DNA of 63,946 bases, the filler included, from Asterionella formosa (taxonomy: Eukaryota): the NCBI GenBank assembly GCA_002256025.1. It is 5 parts of 5 records of this genome, joined end to end, with 100 filler letters (N's around TTAATTAATTAA, not from the genome) between each part and the next. Parts side by side here need not be neighbours in the genome. Positions count along the whole stretch, not along the records: positions 52,791 to 63,946 come from NKIB01007994.1; 4 more parts are not named here. One strand, 5' to 3'. The notes under the pieces are model-generated. The model was not told where the DNA came from. It ran no database searches and saw nothing but the letters and a program-made list of their open reading frames with translations. Shown here piece after piece: positions 59,379 through 63,946 of the stretch; positions within the stretch are counted from its first letter, which is position 1; each line of letters starts with the position of its first letter. A program made the position numbers and the translations under genes.

Positions 59379-62300
59379 TTATTTGATCTCGAGCTTCATC
59401 TTAACATTCATGCCCGCCAACTCATTGGCCAAATAGCGGTACACATATGGTAGTATGATTGGCTCCACAGAATCATCGTTGCCACCTTCGCGGGTGACAG
59501 CGTTGATGCACATTGGATTTCGACAGAAAAGGCGAAGCCGAGCTCGATTCGTGGCATCGGCGACACTTTGGCCAGCAGACAGAACAGTACTTCGTTCTGT
59601 AGTCGGTGACAACAAGTCACCACAGCGACTACACGCATATGCAACATGCTTATCACTACAGTTCAGGAGTCTATCAAGGAGCAAGAAAGCAGTACCATGG
59701 CTTAGCAGTGAATCACGCTCCATTTCACCAAGTCGGATACCTCCACCTTTCTTACGACCCTTGATAGGCTGCCGTGTTAATTGATTCACTGGTCCTGTTG
59801 CTCTCACTTGAAACTTGTCACCCACCATGTGCCGTAGTCGTTGATAATAGACGACGCCAATGTAAAGATCAGCTTGCATCAGACAACCTGAAACTCCAGA
59901 ATAAAGAGGTTCCGATCCATAGTAGTTATAGCCAGCCTTTTGCAATTGCTCTCCGAAGTAGTCAATAGCAAGTTTATCGCCCGACTCGTGGAACGAAAAT
60001 GGTGTTCCTTCTTGAAACATCCCATGCAGAGCGCCGCTCTTGCCTGCCATGCTCTCGATTAGCATACCGATAGTCATTCGACTTGGGAATGCATGAGGAT
60101 TTATTATCACATCAGGTGTGATTCCACTCTCACTGAACGGCATGTCCTCGTGCGGCCAAAGTATACTAAGCACACCTTTCTGACCGTGACGACTAGAGAA
60201 TTTGTCGCCGATAACAGGATTACGATTGATACGCAATGTCACCGAAACCCGGTTCTCTGCGCTTTTGTCACTGTCATTGCCTAGCGCTCGGACTGTTTGA
60301 ACATAAGCAGGTTCCTTCTCTTTGTGCTTTCCGACCCTTTCTTTCCCAGTTAATTCATCGACAACGCAGTAAAGTGGTTCGCCTTCCTTCAACAAAGAGC
60401 CAACCTCAGGGAAACCATCGGGACCCAATGTCTTGTACTGCCATTCAAAGTTGCTATTTTCATCCTTGGTCTCCTTGTTTCCAAACTTCATGCGAGGCGT
60501 TTCGCCTGCCTTCATTGATGCTCCAGCCATTTTGGCTTCGTCTTCAAGGCTGATTTGGATAGTCTTGTACACCGATGCGTGGCCAAATCCTCGTTCGTAC
60601 GAGCCCTTGTTGAGAATCATTGCATCTTCCATGTCGAATCCAGTATAGCTGAGTACAGCAACGACGGCATTTGTACCATTAGGATATTCATCCATCCGAT
60701 ATTCGCCATGTCGTTTGGTTTGGACAAGTGGTGCTTGCGGATTCTGCAATCGATAGAGCTTGTTATCTGGCCGGAATGGTAGCGAATGTGCCGGCGTACC
60801 CATTGTTTGCTTTCCCATCTGGCACTGATACATATTCCGCGGACTCTGGTTATAATCAGAGAATGGAGTCAAACTAGCAATGAGACTGAGCATGTTGTTC
60901 GGATCAAGCTCTTGGTGTGTTGTGATGCCCTCGCGGATGTCTTCGTCTAGACAGGCAATGTCCATAAAGGGCTGTTCCATTGGTCCAATATATTCAGTGC
61001 GCCCAGATGCTCGTTGAAGGACTGGTCGGATGAGGCGAGCGGCGCTAGTAAAGAGATACAGACCTGGATATGGAGCTCCGCTATTCCCTGCAGGAATCAG
61101 AGCGATTTCAAGAGTATGTGGGACTGTAGGCTCTTCGGCAACCTTGAGCATTCTCAAATGTATTGCGATGTTTCTACATATCTTGGGAGTAGCTCCCCCG
61201 ATGATCTTTCCGTCTATGCACACTGGGAAATGAGAAAAAGTTGAAGCCGAACGGCCATCGTTCTTCTCCCCTCCTGCGCCGACTGGAGCCACTCCGAATG
61301 AAATTAACAATTCTTCCAAGTTGGTAAATTCATGATTTTCTCTGTTGGCGGGGTAAGCCAACACAGAGCACTTGAGAGCCATATGACTAAGCAAACCACA
61401 TGGCCCACCATCAGGTGTATGCACTGGGCAAAGGAAACCCCATTGGTCAGGCAGCAATTTCCTCACAGCCGTGGTTTTCATTTCCATGAAAAACTGACCG
61501 CGATGAACAGATCGGAAATGTGCACAGTATCGGAGAAAGTTCAATCGTTCTGCTACAATGGTGAATCCAGAGACCTGCATCAGATCTAAACCTGTTGTCG
61601 AAATGATGTTACCAGTTGAAAGAAAGTGCTGAACTTTCTTGCCAATACCACCTGCACTCAAACCAGAGTGGCGATCGACAAGCTTGCCCCAAAACTTCTG
61701 ATCCTGAATATTATCCGACACTTTCTTAAAAGAAGTTCGCATCTCCTTGAGCAATCCCAATCTTGTATTTTGCAACATTTCTTCAAACTTTTCCTTGACA
61801 AATGCTGTCATCAAGTGTCCTGGCAAGAGAATTTCTTGGTTCTGAAGGGAATCGGCATTATCCACTCCACAATTTCCAGCTGCGAAAGCGTACAACTTTC
61901 GCATCAAAAAAAGCAAGGATTCCAACTTGTCATTGTATTTGGGTAGATGGATCAATATATAACGTCGAATCATATAATGTCCAACTTCCAGGTTGCTTGT
62001 GCTTTCGGCACGTTGACTTAGGTTTCGAAATCGTTCTCCAAGGTATTCAAGACATTCATCCGGTGTGTTCAAATTTCCGAGTCGAGCTCGAGCTTCTTGT
62101 AATAGCAGCTCCGCGCGAGCCCGTAAAAACGTATTTGTTTCATCGCCTTGTACAATACGTTTGAATAGTTCTTCGTCAGTGATTCCAATCCTTCCGCCTG
62201 CTGCAGCATCAGCAGCTGAAGATTCGCTTCCCGATAGAGCTCGAATAATTAGAATGACAGGTATCAAAAATTCTTGTTTTTTCGCCACAAATTTCATTGA

Positions 62301-63190
62301 AGCTCCCCCCGTTGTCAAATAGTGAACAGTGTTGGTGACACTTGTCTGGTCGCCACAAGCGCGCGAGCACCGAATAGCTACACCAAGATCTGTGTAAGTC
62401 GGTCCGCGATTCTTGTAATTGGATCGCTGAATGGCATTTGGGTGGTTCCGACGAGGAATTTGTAGCAAACGGACGCATCGTTCAATACCGTTGACAATAA
62501 AGTATCCACCAAATTCATTATGCTTGATTGAAATAGTCGAAGAATTGCGCTGTCAGCCGAAGCACGACGTTGAATACAGTGTAAAACTTAAAAGTGAGCC
62601 TGAAGACAACTTACCTCCTCTCTCAGATTCGCCAATTCCGCAGGAATAAGGCCTCTAAGATGACAAGCCTTACTCCCCACCATGATGGGCATTTTCCCAA
62701 ACAGCTTTGGCATTTTCAAGATACGTCCAGGAATCTCCATTCCATTACGATGCTGTACTACTTGGAAGCAGAATTCTCCAGTCATCGCCCCCGAGTACAT
62801 GAGCCCTAATTCGCGGCATTCTCGCGGAATGAGCTTGCTGTTCTGTCCTCCCATTGTCGACGCTTGTTTTGTCGGCTTGGCAATCTTCACACTTTCCACC
62901 CAAAATCTGACCGTGTCAACTTCATTAAAATCGACGGCGCTGACACTGGGGTCTAAGAGATCTATCTCTGATGGCACAATATCCTGAATTCCTTTGGTCA
63001 ATCCCAGTTCAATGAAGTAATCAAAGGATTCAACATGAGGAGCTGACAGCCCCTTGAGGCGATTGACATCTTCCTCCGAGGGAAGATGCGATCGACGAAA
63101 GGATGGGACGCTTTGAGGAACCGCATGCGTAGGAGTTATTTTGTTTGTTCTGCGCTTCTTGGGAGACGAGGACGTCGAGGAAGACGCCAT
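59379..63190 (-). CDS. RPA2: RNA polymerase I second-largest subunit; exons 63190-62615 and 62522-59379 (~1239 aa)
   Basis: PHVESFD, GGYFIVNGIER, HFRSVHRG, SDYNQSPRNMYQCQMGKQTMG, GDKFSSRHGQKG, GEMERD; Pol I-type signatures. Confidence 0.95.
62523..62614 (-). other. 92-bp phase-0 spliceosomal intron in RPA2
   Basis: GTAAGT donor, GCTGAC branch-like motif, AAG acceptor; removal joins ..LREE to HNEFGGYFIVNG in frame. Confidence 0.9.
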
Positions 63191-63725
63191 AGCTCACGAT
63201 GGGATGAAAGCCGTAATCAGTTGAGTTGAAAGGTTGAGAGCAAGGCGACGATGCTGTTGTATATTATTTTGTTTTCGTTGTTCACGAGGCTACCGGTGAT
63301 ACCGGTTTTCATTGTCTCTAATCAAGAAATATGTGATGTAAACTTTTTAACTAATTAATGCTCCATCGCTACCAGAGTACACACCACCACTGTCACACCA
63401 CACTGCAATGAGAAAACAATAATATCCAGCGCTTTTTACATAAATGATAGATCGTTTTTTAATTAACCGGTGGAAATTTGAGCCTACACCGAGCAACAAA
63501 CAAAATACCGGTACATCCTTCTATTTTATTTATATCATAGGATGAATGGCTGACAATCCAAATCAATTTCATTCTTTCAAGAAGATGATTCCGAATTCCT
63601 AGGCCTTCGCCCACCTTTTTTGCTAGTCGAGGCAGTCGATACCACATCACATGGAGGACTAGTTGTCGTGTGAAAGAGGATACCGGTACCTGGTAGGAGT
63701 ACCAGGGTACCACAGCTGTTTTAAA

Positions 63726-63946
63726 TACCCCGGTATCTGCAAGTTGTGATAACATTGCCAAGACGCCGATTTGGATAAAGGCCTGAAGATCCAATACAAA
63801 AATTATATCATAATCTGGCTAACTCGGACAATGGTTATCTTTCATTCGTGGCATGATCATTTTGAATACTATTATGCTAGAATTCGATTTGGCAGGAACT
63901 ACTAGTAGTATTTTAGGGTCAAACTCATTCCCCCAATCAAAAAATT
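63726..63946 (+). repeat. Dispersed repeat, copy 3 (runs off window)
   Basis: Matches 14652-14870, e.g. TTTTGAATACTATTATGCTAGAATT and ACTCATTCCCCCAATC. Confidence 0.85.

Noticed and set aside
1..63946. Fanzor/TnpB, viral or prokaryotic defence genes; functional clustering of the host genes
   Set aside because: No RuvC/zinc-finger TnpB motifs, capsid, polB or cas signatures recognised; host genes sit on unlinked contigs.

Overview
Eukaryotic nuclear DNA, most likely a diatom, judged from CoDi-like copia elements, a GAF hybrid histidine kinase, and PPR and RNI-like LRR genes. The window is not one locus. It is five ~13-kb contigs joined by artificial 100-nt spacers (N44-TTAATTAATTAA-N44), so adjacency across spacers means nothing. 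Nine host genes are recognisable: VPS50/syndetin, WDR33/PFS2 with a C-terminal KH domain, a Fringe/GT31-like glycosyltransferase, a PPR protein, an RNI-like LRR protein, a GAF-HK-REC-REC kinase, a transmembrane RING-H2 ligase, IPK1 and RPA2 (one intron). Most of the rest is decayed mobile DNA: an RNase H-bearing non-LTR element, two tRNA-derived SINE-like families, a PIF/Harbinger remnant, an IS630/Tc1/mariner-like remnant, three copia elements, and a probable large TIR element carrying a Ulp1-like protease and a 115-bp array. There is also a ~190-bp tandem array. The most striking signal is about 40 copies of the palindrome TACCGGTA plus relatives in non-coding DNA. Paralogous repeat copies show short insertions that duplicate a TA, consistent with pervasive transposon excision footprints. 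All family calls are by-eye motif recognition; no searches were run.
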